Shown here: positions 49,551 to 58,895 of the stretch, piece after piece
Position numbering within the stretch: position 1 is the first letter of the stretch
How the letters are laid out: each line of letters opens with the position of its first letter
DNA from: Bacteroidia bacterium
GTDB taxonomy: Bacteria; Bacteroidota; Bacteroidia; J057
Direction: 5' to 3'
NCBI GenBank assembly: GCA_019695295.1
Contig: JAIBAH010000011.1
Span: 2,956 to 66,955, forward strand
DNA length: 64,000 nt
Notes under the pieces: model-generated
What the model saw: the letters and a program-made list of their open reading frames with translations, nothing else
The model's database searches: none
What the model was told of the DNA's origin: nothing
Made by a program: the position numbers and the translations under genes

Positions 49551-50735
49551 TCAGGTTTTTATTTTGATGTCATTCTGATTCATCCAGTCATAAATACTGA
49601 TTCGCTGAATAGCAGCAGCCATAAGTGAAGGAAACTGATCAGGAGTACAGGCAAAACAGGGAATATCCATACCCGCAAGAATTCCGGCATTCCGCGTATC
49701 GTAAAAAGGAGAACCTTCATCGTTCAGCGCAAGCAAAGTAATAAAATTCACTCCGGAGCTTTTGATTTCGGCTACTCTGCGGAGCATTTGTTTTTCATCC
49801 CCTCCTTCGTATAAATCCGTAATTAATATTAAAATTGTGTCATCAGGCTTAGTAATAAGTGTCTGACAATACGCCAGGGCCTTATTAATATCTGTTCCTC
49901 CGCCCAGTTGTACCCCGAAAAGAATATCGACCGGGTCTTTTATATTCTCTGTCAAATCCGCTACCGAGGTATCAAACACTACCATTCGTGTATTCAATGC
50001 GGGTAAAGAAGCAAGGACTGCCCCAAACACCCCGGAATATACAACAGAAGAGCCCATAGAACCACTTTGATCTATACATAAAATGATGTTTTTATGAACC
50101 GATTGCCCGCGCTTACCACTCCCAATCAACCGTTCAGGAATAATCGTTTTATAAGCGTGTTGATAATGTTTCATATTCGCCTTAATCGTTTTATCCCAGT
50201 CAATCTCCCGGAATTTGGGCCGGTTGTTTCTCACGGAACGGCTTAAAGCACCTTTGACGGCTTGTTTGGTAGGATTTGTTAGTTTCTCCTCGAGTTGTTT
50301 TACCAGTTTCTGAATGATTACCCTCGCCGACTCTTTTACTTTCTGCGGCATTGTACGGCTCAGGGACATCAGCGTAGTTACCAGTTCAATATTTACTTCT
50401 ACTGTTTCCAGAAATTCGGGTTCTGAAAGCAGCTCTTCCACTCCCAGCCTGTCCATTGCGTCTTTTTGAAGCATGGAGACGACCGTGGAAGGGAAGTATT
50501 TCTGAATATCTCCAAGCCACCGGTTCACTTTTGGAGATGATGAGCCTAACCCTCCCCTTCTGTCGGAATCATACAAAGCATCAAGGCTATCACATACCCC
50601 CTGAAGATTCCTTTCGCCTTCAGACTCCTGATCGCCCTCATTTCCCGGATTACTTTTCAGGTCAATAGAGTTACCGGCATCCGATTGCCCTCCTAAAACA
50701 AGTTTCCACCGCTGAAATTTATTCTTATCAAGCAT
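49551..50735 (-). CDS. vWA-domain protein (CoxE/YehP-like), third gene of the AAA_5-DUF5682-vWA cassette
   Basis: The C-terminal vWA has MIDAS residues ILCIDQSGSM, ...GGGTDINKAL and LITDLYEGG. The N-terminal ~190 aa are helical and acidic. Confidence 0.8.
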   Translation of the reverse strand: MLDKNKFQRWKLVLGGQSDAGNSIDLKSNPGNEGDQESEGERNLQGVCDSLDALYDSDRRGGLGSSSPKVNRWLGDIQKYFPSTVVSMLQKDAMDRLGVEELLSEPEFLETVEVNIELVTTLMSLSRTMPQKVKESARVIIQKLVKQLEEKLTNPTKQAVKGALSRSVRNNRPKFREIDWDKTIKANMKHYQHAYKTIIPERLIGSGKRGQSVHKNIILCIDQSGSMGSSVVYSGVFGAVLASLPALNTRMVVFDTSVADLTENIKDPVDILFGVQLGGGTDINKALAYCQTLITKPDDTILILITDLYEGGDEKQMLRRVAEIKSSGVNFITLLALNDEGSPFYDTRNAGILAGMDIPCFACTPDQFPSLMAAAIQRISIYDWMNQNDIKIKT

Positions 50736-50784
50736 ATTTTTTTATTTATTTTTCAGATAGGTCTGTTTAAAAAAAAGAAAAGCA

Positions 50785-53058
50785 TTATCCTTGTACCGGT
50801 TTATAAATCAGGTCTGTCCATTCTTTAAACGCGGATTCTATCAAGTTTGCATTTTCAGTATTAAGGGATACGGATTTTTCGGCTGCTACCGAATTGGGAT
50901 TTGCCTTTACTTTTTGCTCAGTCATCAGCATATTCATGATTTTTTGGCGCTCAGGTACAGAAAACCGGCTGAATACCTTACGCATTACAGCCACATACTC
51001 TATAAACAGATTTTCTTTGAGTCCATGAAGCCATGCATCAATCACAGAGAGAATATCCGGATTATAAAGCAGAATCGTCACAGACTCCATCAGAAATCCA
51101 TCCAGCCACCGCATAGAAAACTGCGTATCCATTCCGGACGAAAGCGCAGCGGATAAACAGATACGGGTTTTTTCGATAGGGATTTTCCCGGAATCATTCA
51201 GAATTCTCACACTTCCTCCGGCGATTTTACCATCTACTCCCTGCAATTCCACAATTTTATCCATCATTTCAAACCATTGAGCAGAAAATTCAGGGTTTCC
51301 TAAAAGAATCATGACTTCATGCACCCTTTTTATTCTGCCCCATATATCATTCGAAGCCTCAGCATCAAGAGAAACGCACAGGTAAGGAAGAGAAATACAG
51401 ATACGCGGAATAATTTCATCTATCAGCTCCCGGACGGTTTCCAAATCCGTTTTATAGATATCCGTAGTAGAATACCTTGAGATACTCACCAAATCCGGTA
51501 AAACATCCATCAGTGAGAAAATATCTCTCGACTGAGTAGCCAGATTTTTAATTTTTTTCAATAGTACTCCGTTCAGCTTAGGAAGTTCGGCCCTCAGGGT
51601 ATCCTTGAGCAGTTTGGTTAATTCTGAAAGGTCCGATGAAGAATGAATTCTGTTGGCAACCAGATTCGATACAGCATCATAAACTGTATTACCCCAAACC
51701 CCTGCTTCAATGATGGCCATTTCCATCTCAGGTTTCCATTTCAGGGTCCAGTTCTCTTCTGAGCCAAGCCGTTTATTATGATCCGAATACTTTTTCTTTT
51801 CAGCCCATTTTATCTCTAAAAGTGACATACGGTGTAAGAACCGGCTTTTTTCCAGCCCTCTTGGCTCCCTTAAATCGAGTTTAACCTCTGATTTTCCGGG
51901 CGTTCCCCAGTATGCCATCATCCGGAGTTTTTTAAGCTGCTGCTCCAGGTCATTTCTCAGGGGTGAATTTTTGAGCTCATTGGGGACTGCTCCCATTTTG
52001 GTTCCAATAATCAATTCTTTTTCGATAATCTGAACCGTTTCAGGATAGCCTCCTCCAAAAATCGTAGTTGCAGACTCCATCATATCCTGTAATCCCGGAA
52101 TAGCCTGCTCCCTGATAATGGCAAGTGTATTTGCCAGTCGGACAGCTTCGATAATATGTGCTGAGGAAGCGTCCATTTGCTCCTGGCGAAGCAATCCTGC
52201 TGCCCTTGTCATCCATAAATTCAGTACTTTTTCCCGTTTATTTTTGAAAAGCATATCATACCAGGCAGGAGAAACTACCCCTGCCCCATATCCGGAAGAA
52301 GTCGAAAGACGTTCATAAGTCCAGGGAATCCAGGTATAATTTACGGGGACTTTTTTGAGTTTTTTCAGCAACTTCTCGTCTTCTTTGGCTGTCTCCGTAT
52401 AAGAAGGCAAAGCCGGTGTATGCCACGCACCACAGACAATCGCTATATTCTGATAATTATCCCCGATAGTCTCCCGGATTGTCGTACGCATTTTGGCTTC
52501 TCTCAACTCCGTTTCATAAGACTCTTTAAAGTTTAATTCTGAACGCAAGGCCGTCATCAATTCCATGATAGCCTGAAAAGCAGGCTCTTGCCCGCCTTGT
52601 TTTTCTATTACTTCTTCCCACCATCTTTCACCGTCAGCATAGCCCGCAAGCCTTCCGATATACCCCAAAGGGTCATGCCGGATAGCAATATCGTCCGGGC
52701 TCTCCTCTTCTGAGTCGTCTTCTTTCCGGGGCGAATGAGTAAGTGCAAGCCAGTTTTCCTTGGGTAAATCAAAGCACCGGAGATGAATATTATTTTTAAG
52801 GCAATAGGAAACCGCCTGCCATTCCGGAGAGAATTCCGCAAAAGGATAATAACTAGCTGCCGCAGGCTGATCCGGATTATATATCAAAAGGGCAACCGGC
52901 GGTTTCATTTTTTTATGCTGCACAATTTCCAGTGCGTCCCTTATATCCGAAGGCATTTCAAGCAGTACCGCATCGGGCTTTATCTTTTTCAGCGCCTCCA
53001 CCAGATTGCGGGAACTGCCCGGGCCGTGATGTCTTATACCAAGATAATGAATTTTCAT
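50785..53058 (-). CDS. DUF5682-family (YehM-like) protein, function unknown
   Basis: It encodes 757 aa. The N-terminus MKIHYLGIRHHGPGSSRNLVEAL...AVLLEMPSD matches what I recall as the conserved start of DUF5682/YehM proteins. It sits between the AAA_5 and vWA genes. Confidence 0.6.
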   Translation of the reverse strand: MKIHYLGIRHHGPGSSRNLVEALKKIKPDAVLLEMPSDIRDALEIVQHKKMKPPVALLIYNPDQPAAASYYPFAEFSPEWQAVSYCLKNNIHLRCFDLPKENWLALTHSPRKEDDSEEESPDDIAIRHDPLGYIGRLAGYADGERWWEEVIEKQGGQEPAFQAIMELMTALRSELNFKESYETELREAKMRTTIRETIGDNYQNIAIVCGAWHTPALPSYTETAKEDEKLLKKLKKVPVNYTWIPWTYERLSTSSGYGAGVVSPAWYDMLFKNKREKVLNLWMTRAAGLLRQEQMDASSAHIIEAVRLANTLAIIREQAIPGLQDMMESATTIFGGGYPETVQIIEKELIIGTKMGAVPNELKNSPLRNDLEQQLKKLRMMAYWGTPGKSEVKLDLREPRGLEKSRFLHRMSLLEIKWAEKKKYSDHNKRLGSEENWTLKWKPEMEMAIIEAGVWGNTVYDAVSNLVANRIHSSSDLSELTKLLKDTLRAELPKLNGVLLKKIKNLATQSRDIFSLMDVLPDLVSISRYSTTDIYKTDLETVRELIDEIIPRICISLPYLCVSLDAEASNDIWGRIKRVHEVMILLGNPEFSAQWFEMMDKIVELQGVDGKIAGGSVRILNDSGKIPIEKTRICLSAALSSGMDTQFSMRWLDGFLMESVTILLYNPDILSVIDAWLHGLKENLFIEYVAVMRKVFSRFSVPERQKIMNMLMTEQKVKANPNSVAAEKSVSLNTENANLIESAFKEWTDLIYKPVQG

Positions 53059-53112
53059 ATTAGAAAAAAACTGAAGAAATGGACAGAAATAACAAAAAAT
53101 ATAAAAAACTGC

Positions 53113-54192
53113 TTATTTGAATTCCTTGCAGGCTCTGTATAAATCTTTCCAGTTTTCACGCTCTTTTACCACTGTTTCCAGATACTCATTCCATACTACT
53201 GTATCCTGAACCGGGTCTTTAATAATCGCACCAATCAGGCCTGCAGCCAAATCTGCGGCTTTGAGTCTGCCGTCGCTGAAATAAGCAGCCAGAGACTGAC
53301 CCTGATTAATCACTGAAATCGCCTCTGCAGAGCTCAAAGTACTGCTCGGTTGCTTGAGTTTGGTTTTGCCGTCAATGGTTTTGCCACTTCTCAACTCCCG
53401 GAAAATGGTAACGAGCCTGCGGATTTCCTCCACTGCCGGTTTTTCTGCAGGAAGATTGAGCGAAATACCGATTTTTTCAACCCTTGTCTGAACGATGGTA
53501 ATTTCTTCTTCGAGCGATGAAGGCAATGGCAAAACCACTGTATTAAAACGCCGTTTTAAAGCGGCAGAAAGGTCATTTACCCCCTTATCCCGGTCATTGG
53601 CAGTAGCGATTACATTAAAGCCCCGCTGCGCCTGAACCTGAAAATTGAGTTCAGGTACGGGAAGAACTTTTTCAGACAAAATTGTAATCAGCGTATCCTG
53701 AACGTCCGCCGGAATCCTTGTCAGTTCTTCAACCCTGACCGTTTTTCCATCCTGCATTCCTTTCATCATAGGACTGGAAACAAGTGCATTTACAGAAGGG
53801 CCTTCAGCAAGCAGTTTTGCATAATTCCAGGAATAGCGTATCTGATCTTCGCTCGTTCCGGCTGTACCCTGAATCAATAAAGAGGAGTCTCCACTGATAG
53901 CAGCGGTAATATGCTCAGAAACCCAGCTTTTAGCAGTACCCGGTACCCCCATCAGTAATAATGCCCTGTCCGTAGCCAGGGTAGCCACCGCAATCTCCAT
54001 CAGTCTTTTATTTCCAATATACTTGGGTTCGATTATCATCCCGTTGGGTAATTTCCCTCCGAGCAAATATAATAATACCGACCAGGGAGAAAGCACCCAA
54101 TTTTCAGGTTTTTGTCTGGTGTCTGCTTTTTTGAGTGCTTCAAGTTCCTCTGCATATTGCACTTCGGCCTGTGGTCTTAGAATATGATTCAT
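53113..54192 (-). CDS. AAA_5-type (MoxR/dynein-related, YehL-like) ATPase
   Basis: Walker A is LLMGVPGTAKS and Walker B is TVRVEELTR. Sensor and arginine regions are VIATANDRD and LKRRFN. It encodes 359 aa. Confidence 0.85.
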   Translation of the reverse strand: MNHILRPQAEVQYAEELEALKKADTRQKPENWVLSPWSVLLYLLGGKLPNGMIIEPKYIGNKRLMEIAVATLATDRALLLMGVPGTAKSWVSEHITAAISGDSSLLIQGTAGTSEDQIRYSWNYAKLLAEGPSVNALVSSPMMKGMQDGKTVRVEELTRIPADVQDTLITILSEKVLPVPELNFQVQAQRGFNVIATANDRDKGVNDLSAALKRRFNTVVLPLPSSLEEEITIVQTRVEKIGISLNLPAEKPAVEEIRRLVTIFRELRSGKTIDGKTKLKQPSSTLSSAEAISVINQGQSLAAYFSDGRLKAADLAAGLIGAIIKDPVQDTVVWNEYLETVVKERENWKDLYRACKEFK

Positions 54193-54226
54193 ATTTTTTT
54201 AAAAATTGTTATTTTAAATTTCTGCA

Positions 54227-54234
54227 CAAAAATA
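54227..54234 (-). promoter_or_regulatory. putative -7 box (TAnnTTTG) for the AAA_5-DUF5682-vWA operon
   Basis: The minus strand reads TATTTTTG, 35 nt upstream of the ATG at 54192. Confidence 0.4.
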
Positions 54235-54448
54235 CAGTTTTTTTTATATTTTTATTCATACGAAAATAAATACAAAATGTTCTTTTTGTTAGTAAAATCC
54301 AGTAATTACATTATTTTATTTAGCAATTCGCAAAAAACATGCGATATTTTTTATAGAAAGGCCTCAAATGGCGGCAAATACTTTCGGAATATAGTTTAAC
54401 CTAAATATTTCTTTTAAAATAAATTTAGGTTAAAAGAAGAAAAACCAT

Positions 54449-54456
54449 TACATTTG
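54449..54456 (+). promoter_or_regulatory. putative -7 box (TAnnTTTG) for def
   Basis: TACATTTG lies 53 nt upstream of the ATG at 54509. Confidence 0.4.
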
Positions 54457-54508
54457 TGTCCTTTTTCACATCAGTATAAGGATTTTTTTAATTTTATATT
54501 CCAATAGT

Positions 54509-55090
54509 ATGATATTATCAATCGTGGGGTACGGACATCCGACACTGCGTAAAAAGGCGTCTCCTGTCAATCCTGATTATCCCGGTTTGCAAAAGTTGAT
54601 AGCAAACATGTTTGAAACGATGTATAAAGCGCATGGAGTGGGTTTGGCAGCTCCTCAGGTGAACGAATCGGTCAGAGTATTTATAATAGACAGTACTCCG
54701 ATGGTTGATGAGCCTGAAGAAGGACAGGAACCCGAAACTCCGGTCAAAAAAGTATTCATCAATGCCAGAATATTGTCTGAGACCGGAACAGAATGGGGGT
54801 TTAACGAAGGATGTCTGAGCATTCCGGAAGTAAGAGAAGAAGTAAAAAGAAAAGATACGATTGTGATTCATTATTTCGATGAAAATTTTCAGGAAAAAAC
54901 TGAAACCTACAACGGAATTGTAGCGAGAATTATACAGCATGAATATGATCATATCGAAGGTATATTATTTATAGACAGAATCTCGGCATTCAGAAGGCAA
55001 CTTCTTAAAAACCGCCTGCTGAGAATACAAAAAGGAGATATCAGAACGGGGTATCCGATGAAATTCGCAAACGTAACGAAAGTAAAATAA
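54509..55090 (+). CDS. def: peptide deformylase
   Basis: The three signature motifs GVGLAAPQV, EGCLSIP and HEYDHIEG are present. Confidence 0.95.
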   Translation: MILSIVGYGHPTLRKKASPVNPDYPGLQKLIANMFETMYKAHGVGLAAPQVNESVRVFIIDSTPMVDEPEEGQEPETPVKKVFINARILSETGTEWGFNEGCLSIPEVREEVKRKDTIVIHYFDENFQEKTETYNGIVARIIQHEYDHIEGILFIDRISAFRRQLLKNRLLRIQKGDIRTGYPMKFANVTKVK

Positions 55091-55121
55091 TTTTTTTCAT
55101 TTTTTAATTCCTAATATTTCA

Positions 55122-55400
55122 ATGGCAACCGTAATTACTCAACAAGAACTGTATGATGACATTATGATCATCAAAAAACTCCTGAATAAGGAGATTGTGA
55201 AGCATCGCGTGGGTTCTGAAGGTACCCTTTTCAGTCAGCAGGAAATTTATACCCGTCTGGATTTAATCCATGAAGCTGAGAGAAAAGGTTTCAGACATTT
55301 AGACCCAAGAATTATCCGTAAACTGGAAAAGTTGATTTCAGAAATTGAGGTAGTAATGAAATCATTGACATTTGAAGAAAGTACAGAATCCGAAGACTAA
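55122..55400 (+). CDS. hypothetical helical protein with an acidic tail
   Basis: It is a 92-aa ORF 31 nt downstream of def on the same strand. No family is recognised. Confidence 0.4.
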   Translation: MATVITQQELYDDIMIIKKLLNKEIVKHRVGSEGTLFSQQEIYTRLDLIHEAERKGFRHLDPRIIRKLEKLISEIEVVMKSLTFEESTESED

Positions 55401-55577
55401 TTTTGTTGTTTTATGAATCAATTTAAACGAGCTTTTTGCCTGAATTAAGGTGAAAAGCTTTTTTTTATTCTTACCACTTATCCACAAGCCCAAAACACAA
55501 AACACTAAATATCAATTACTTATAAAAATATGTGGAAAAATAGCTACATTATTCTTTGGAAATTCGCAATTTATCCT

Positions 55578-55585
55578 TAACTTTG
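55578..55585 (+). promoter_or_regulatory. putative -7 box (TAnnTTTG) for the LOG gene
   Basis: TAACTTTG lies 44 nt upstream of the ATG at 55629. Confidence 0.4.
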
Positions 55586-55628
55586 CAGCCCCTTCAGTCA
55601 TAAATATCTGGGACTAAGGGGAATACAA

Positions 55629-56336
55629 ATGGATTATAATAACGGATCATACTTTGCAGACAGACTGGACGAGTGGAAAAAGCGGAGCGGGAAGGACTCG
55701 TGGACAGTGCTTAGAATCATGTCTGAGTTTGTAGAAGGATTTGAAAAGCTATCAACTATCGGGCCTTGTGTATCTATTTTTGGCTCAGCACGCACAAAAC
55801 CCGGTACAGTATATTATGAACTTGCGGTTGAAATCGCAAAAAAAGCCACCGAACTTGGGTTTGGAGTAATTACAGGCGGTGGACCCGGTATAATGGAAGC
55901 TGCCAATAAAGGAGCTTTCGAAAACAAAAGTACTTCCGTAGGTCTGAATATCAATCTGCCCTTTGAGCAGCATTTCAATCCTTATATTCAGGAGAACAAA
56001 AACATCAATTTCAACTACTTCTTTGTCCGTAAGGTTATGTTTGTGAAATATGCACAGGCATTCGTCGTTCTGCCGGGAGGATTCGGTACGCTTGATGAGC
56101 TTTTCGAATCTCTTACACTGATTCAAACCCTTAAAATAGACCGCTTTCCGGTAATTTTAGTCGGTACTGAATTCTGGGGCGGATTGGTGGACTGGATTAA
56201 GAAAACCCTGCTCGAAAAAGAAAACAATATTTCTCCGGGCGATCTGGACTTGTTTTATATGGCGGATACTGCCGATGAAACCGTTGCGATTATCCGGGAT
56301 TTCTATAAAACAAATTTAATTCAACCAAATTTCTAA
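55629..56336 (+). CDS. LOG-family (TIGR00730-type) nucleotide 5'-monophosphate nucleosidase
   Basis: It shows VSIFGSAR, ITGGGPGIMEAANKGA and the signature PGGFGTLDELFE. Confidence 0.85.
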   Translation: MDYNNGSYFADRLDEWKKRSGKDSWTVLRIMSEFVEGFEKLSTIGPCVSIFGSARTKPGTVYYELAVEIAKKATELGFGVITGGGPGIMEAANKGAFENKSTSVGLNINLPFEQHFNPYIQENKNINFNYFFVRKVMFVKYAQAFVVLPGGFGTLDELFESLTLIQTLKIDRFPVILVGTEFWGGLVDWIKKTLLEKENNISPGDLDLFYMADTADETVAIIRDFYKTNLIQPNF

Positions 56337-56529
56337 ATATATAAAAAAATATACCCTTCCGGTAAAGGGAATTATCATTAAATCATTGTTCAACTAAGAG
56401 GGAAAAGGACTTACTTTAAGAGTAAGGATATTTAATTAAATTTTTCTTAAATATTTGAAATATAAACAATTAAAAAATGTATCGGCTTTTTTAACTTGTT
56501 TCAGCCTTGTACCTCTAAATACTTTTAGT

Positions 56530-57675
56530 ATGCATTCTAAGATAGTTTATTATCTTGTACCGTCATTATTGGCTACCGGTGGGGTAGTATTAATTAAAAA
56601 CCACAAAACACCTGAGGGTGTACAGAGCGTAAAGTATGTAACCCAAAATCTGAGTCTGCTTTCCTCCAGTATTTCAAGAGGTGTAAAAAACACAAACAAA
56701 CCTGCATTTGAAATTGTAACCCCTGATCAGTCCGTTTCTCAGGAAGTCCCCCAAATCGTTACTGACGAATCCGCTGAGATTCAGTTTTGTGGCGAAAAAG
56801 TGCCTCTTGAGTTTCAGCACGTTCTCCAGAAATTTGAGAACGAAATCCGGAAAAACAAAGAAGCCAGAGGCTCTCTGCTTCAATCCATCAAAATCGGAAA
56901 CCGCTACAAGGCCGAAATTCTCCGGACACTGAAAGAAAACGGAATTCCTGAAGATTTCTTCTACCTCGCAATGGCAGAAAGTGGTCTTAACAATCTTACC
57001 TCTCCCAGAGGTGCCAAGGGTTTCTGGCAGTTTATGGAAGACGCCGCAACCCGTTCGGGACTCGAAATCAGTGCTACAGTAGATGAAAGACTCCATCCGC
57101 AAAAGGCTACACTTGCCGCAGCAAAATACCTTAAATCCCTCAGAAAGTATTTCAAAAGCTGGACTCTTACCGCTGCTTCCTACAATATGGGTGCAGGCGG
57201 ACTGATGAATGCAATGAATTCGCAGGGAAAAGACGATTATTATTCTCTCAATCTGAATCCGGAAACCTCTCAGTATATTTACAGGATTGTTGCCCTGAAG
57301 TACCTGATGGAACAGCCTCAGAAATTCGACGTAAACGTAAATATTAAAGCCAAATATGCTCCGATTCCTTATTATATTGTAAAGGTGAATCAAAGTATCT
57401 CTGATTTGGCTGAGTTTGCCCGTGAGAACAATTCTAATCTGAAAACGCTGAAAAGCATGAATCCCTGGCTGATTGCAGATAATCTTGAAGTAAAGTCCGG
57501 TAAAGTATATGAAATTCGCTTTCCTAAATCTGCAAATCTCGTAGCAGAAGAAATGCTTGCTTTACCGTATCGTCCGGGAATGAATCGTAAGGATTTAAGA
57601 GACAGCATTCTGAAATCCTTTAACAGAAAGGAAAAAGCAGTTACAGAAGAACCCAAACCGGAATATACTTTCTAA
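56530..57675 (+). CDS. membrane-bound lytic transglycosylase (SLT domain plus LysM-like domain, MltD-like)
   Basis: The SLT motifs LAMAESGLN (catalytic Glu), GFWQFM and AASYNMG are present, with a LysM-like segment ISDLAEFARENNSNLKTLKSMNPWL. The track start at 56455 is a TTG; the ATG at 56530 (MHSKIVYYL, TM anchor) is preferred. Confidence 0.8.
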   Translation: MHSKIVYYLVPSLLATGGVVLIKNHKTPEGVQSVKYVTQNLSLLSSSISRGVKNTNKPAFEIVTPDQSVSQEVPQIVTDESAEIQFCGEKVPLEFQHVLQKFENEIRKNKEARGSLLQSIKIGNRYKAEILRTLKENGIPEDFFYLAMAESGLNNLTSPRGAKGFWQFMEDAATRSGLEISATVDERLHPQKATLAAAKYLKSLRKYFKSWTLTAASYNMGAGGLMNAMNSQGKDDYYSLNLNPETSQYIYRIVALKYLMEQPQKFDVNVNIKAKYAPIPYYIVKVNQSISDLAEFARENNSNLKTLKSMNPWLIADNLEVKSGKVYEIRFPKSANLVAEEMLALPYRPGMNRKDLRDSILKSFNRKEKAVTEEPKPEYTF

Positions 57676-57698
57676 TCTTTAGGGTTTTCTATCATACT

Positions 57699-57730
57699 AA
57701 ACGGATGTATTCAGGTACATCCGTTTTTTT
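57699..57730 (+). terminator. rho-independent terminator
   Basis: An 11-bp stem aaacggatgta/tacatccgttt with a 6-nt loop is followed by a T-run. Confidence 0.75.
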
Positions 57731-57779
57731 TATTTTCATTTTCCGGAATATTCTATTCATTATCTCTGAATTTTTTTTT

Positions 57780-57787
57780 TATCTTTG
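57780..57787 (+). promoter_or_regulatory. putative -7 box (TAnnTTTG) for the vWA-hydrolase-propeller operon
   Basis: TATCTTTG lies 42 nt upstream of the ATG at 57829 and is preceded by a T10 tract. Confidence 0.4.
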
Positions 57788-57828
57788 TAACCAGCATTTT
57801 TTTATTTACTTTTAAATCTAACAATACA

Positions 57829-58881
57829 ATGAAAATACTCATTTCTTTTGATGATACAGGAAGTATGTCATCTTTGCGCAAAGTAGTCAGGGAAAAATGT
57901 ACGGAATTCGTAAACCACCTTTTTGACCGCTTCAAAGGCTTGCAAATCGGCGTAATTATCCATAATGACTATTGCGATGCCGATACTATTCAACAACTGG
58001 ATTTTACTTATGACAGAAAACAGATTACCGAATTCATCAACCGGAACTCCTCTATGGGAGGCGGGGATTCTGATGAATGTTACGAATATGTACTTCAGCT
58101 TGCCACCGAAATGAACTGGGATGACACCGACAAAAAAATTCTCATCATGATTGGGGACTGCAATCCTCATCCTGTAGGATATAAACACAATGGAAAAACC
58201 TATAATATAGACTGGAAGCAGGAGTCCCAGAAACTGGCAGATTTAGGTGTGCAGATTTATGCAATTCAGGCGATGGGAAACCGTTCCTCTTCCAAATTCT
58301 ATGAAGGGATGAGCAAAATCACCGGAGGCGTAAAACTGGACCTTACTCAGTTTAAAAATATCCCGCAATACCTCACCGCAATTACCTATCAGCAGGAAGG
58401 AAAACTGGAAGAGTATGAAAACTCTGACGAAAGTTTCAAAAAAGATTATATGCTCAGAAATATGTTCTCCAAACTCAAACGCGGTGCGGTTTCCATGGAG
58501 GAGATTGATGAAGACAAAATCGAAATGCTTTCCCGTTTTCAGGTAATGAACGTTGAATATGACTGTCAGATTAATGACTTTGTAAGAGAACACGGACGCT
58601 CTTTCAAGGCTGGTTCAGGATATTATCAGCTGGCAGGCAGCGAAAAAGTGCAGCCTCACAAAAAAATCGTTTTTGTACACAGGGAAACCGGAGAAATGAC
58701 GGACAACGCTGATTTCTGCCGTGGCAAACTGGGAATTCTGGGTGAACCCGGAACGGTAACGGTCTCCCCCAAAAAGTGTAAAGACGCGCTGGCCGAGTAT
58801 GACGTATTTATTCAAAGTACCTCCTACAACCGAAAACTGGATGCTGGAACCAAGTTCCTCTATGAACTGGAAAGAAGTTAA
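57829..58881 (+). CDS. cytoplasmic vWA-domain protein with an uncharacterised C-terminal domain
   Basis: There is no signal peptide. The vWA starts at residue 1 (MKILISFDDTGSM is the MIDAS DxTGS), followed by MGGGDSDECYEY and ILIMIGDCNPH. The ~160-aa C-terminal domain is not recognised. Confidence 0.65.
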   Translation: MKILISFDDTGSMSSLRKVVREKCTEFVNHLFDRFKGLQIGVIIHNDYCDADTIQQLDFTYDRKQITEFINRNSSMGGGDSDECYEYVLQLATEMNWDDTDKKILIMIGDCNPHPVGYKHNGKTYNIDWKQESQKLADLGVQIYAIQAMGNRSSSKFYEGMSKITGGVKLDLTQFKNIPQYLTAITYQQEGKLEEYENSDESFKKDYMLRNMFSKLKRGAVSMEEIDEDKIEMLSRFQVMNVEYDCQINDFVREHGRSFKAGSGYYQLAGSEKVQPHKKIVFVHRETGEMTDNADFCRGKLGILGEPGTVTVSPKKCKDALAEYDVFIQSTSYNRKLDAGTKFLYELERS

Positions 58882-58895
58882 TCCCCTGAATTATC

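Noticed and set aside
50690-50736. While hand-counting near 50698-50703, I counted an A-run one base longer than the frame of the vWA ORF (49551-50735) allows. This hinted at a frameshift near its 5' end.
   Set aside because: The computed ORF track translates continuously through this point (…FQRWKLVLGGQSD…) and both flanking genes match the line numbering. I attribute the discrepancy to my manual counting, not to a real frameshift.
54184-54399. A 71-aa ORF lies in the AAA_5/def divergent promoter region, and a 70-aa ORF at 8269-8481 overlaps the caspase terminator.
   Set aside because: Their extremely AT-rich, Phe/Lys/Ile/Asn-dominated translations are typical of non-coding AT-rich DNA, and they overlap predicted promoter or terminator elements.
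55629-56336. The LOG-family protein could be a nucleotide-targeting effector of a defence system, given the nearby AAA/vWA genes.
   Set aside because: It is the ordinary stand-alone ~235-aa TIGR00730-type protein with its own promoter box. It is separated from the cassette by def and lies on the opposite strand. No sensor or cyclase gene is adjacent.
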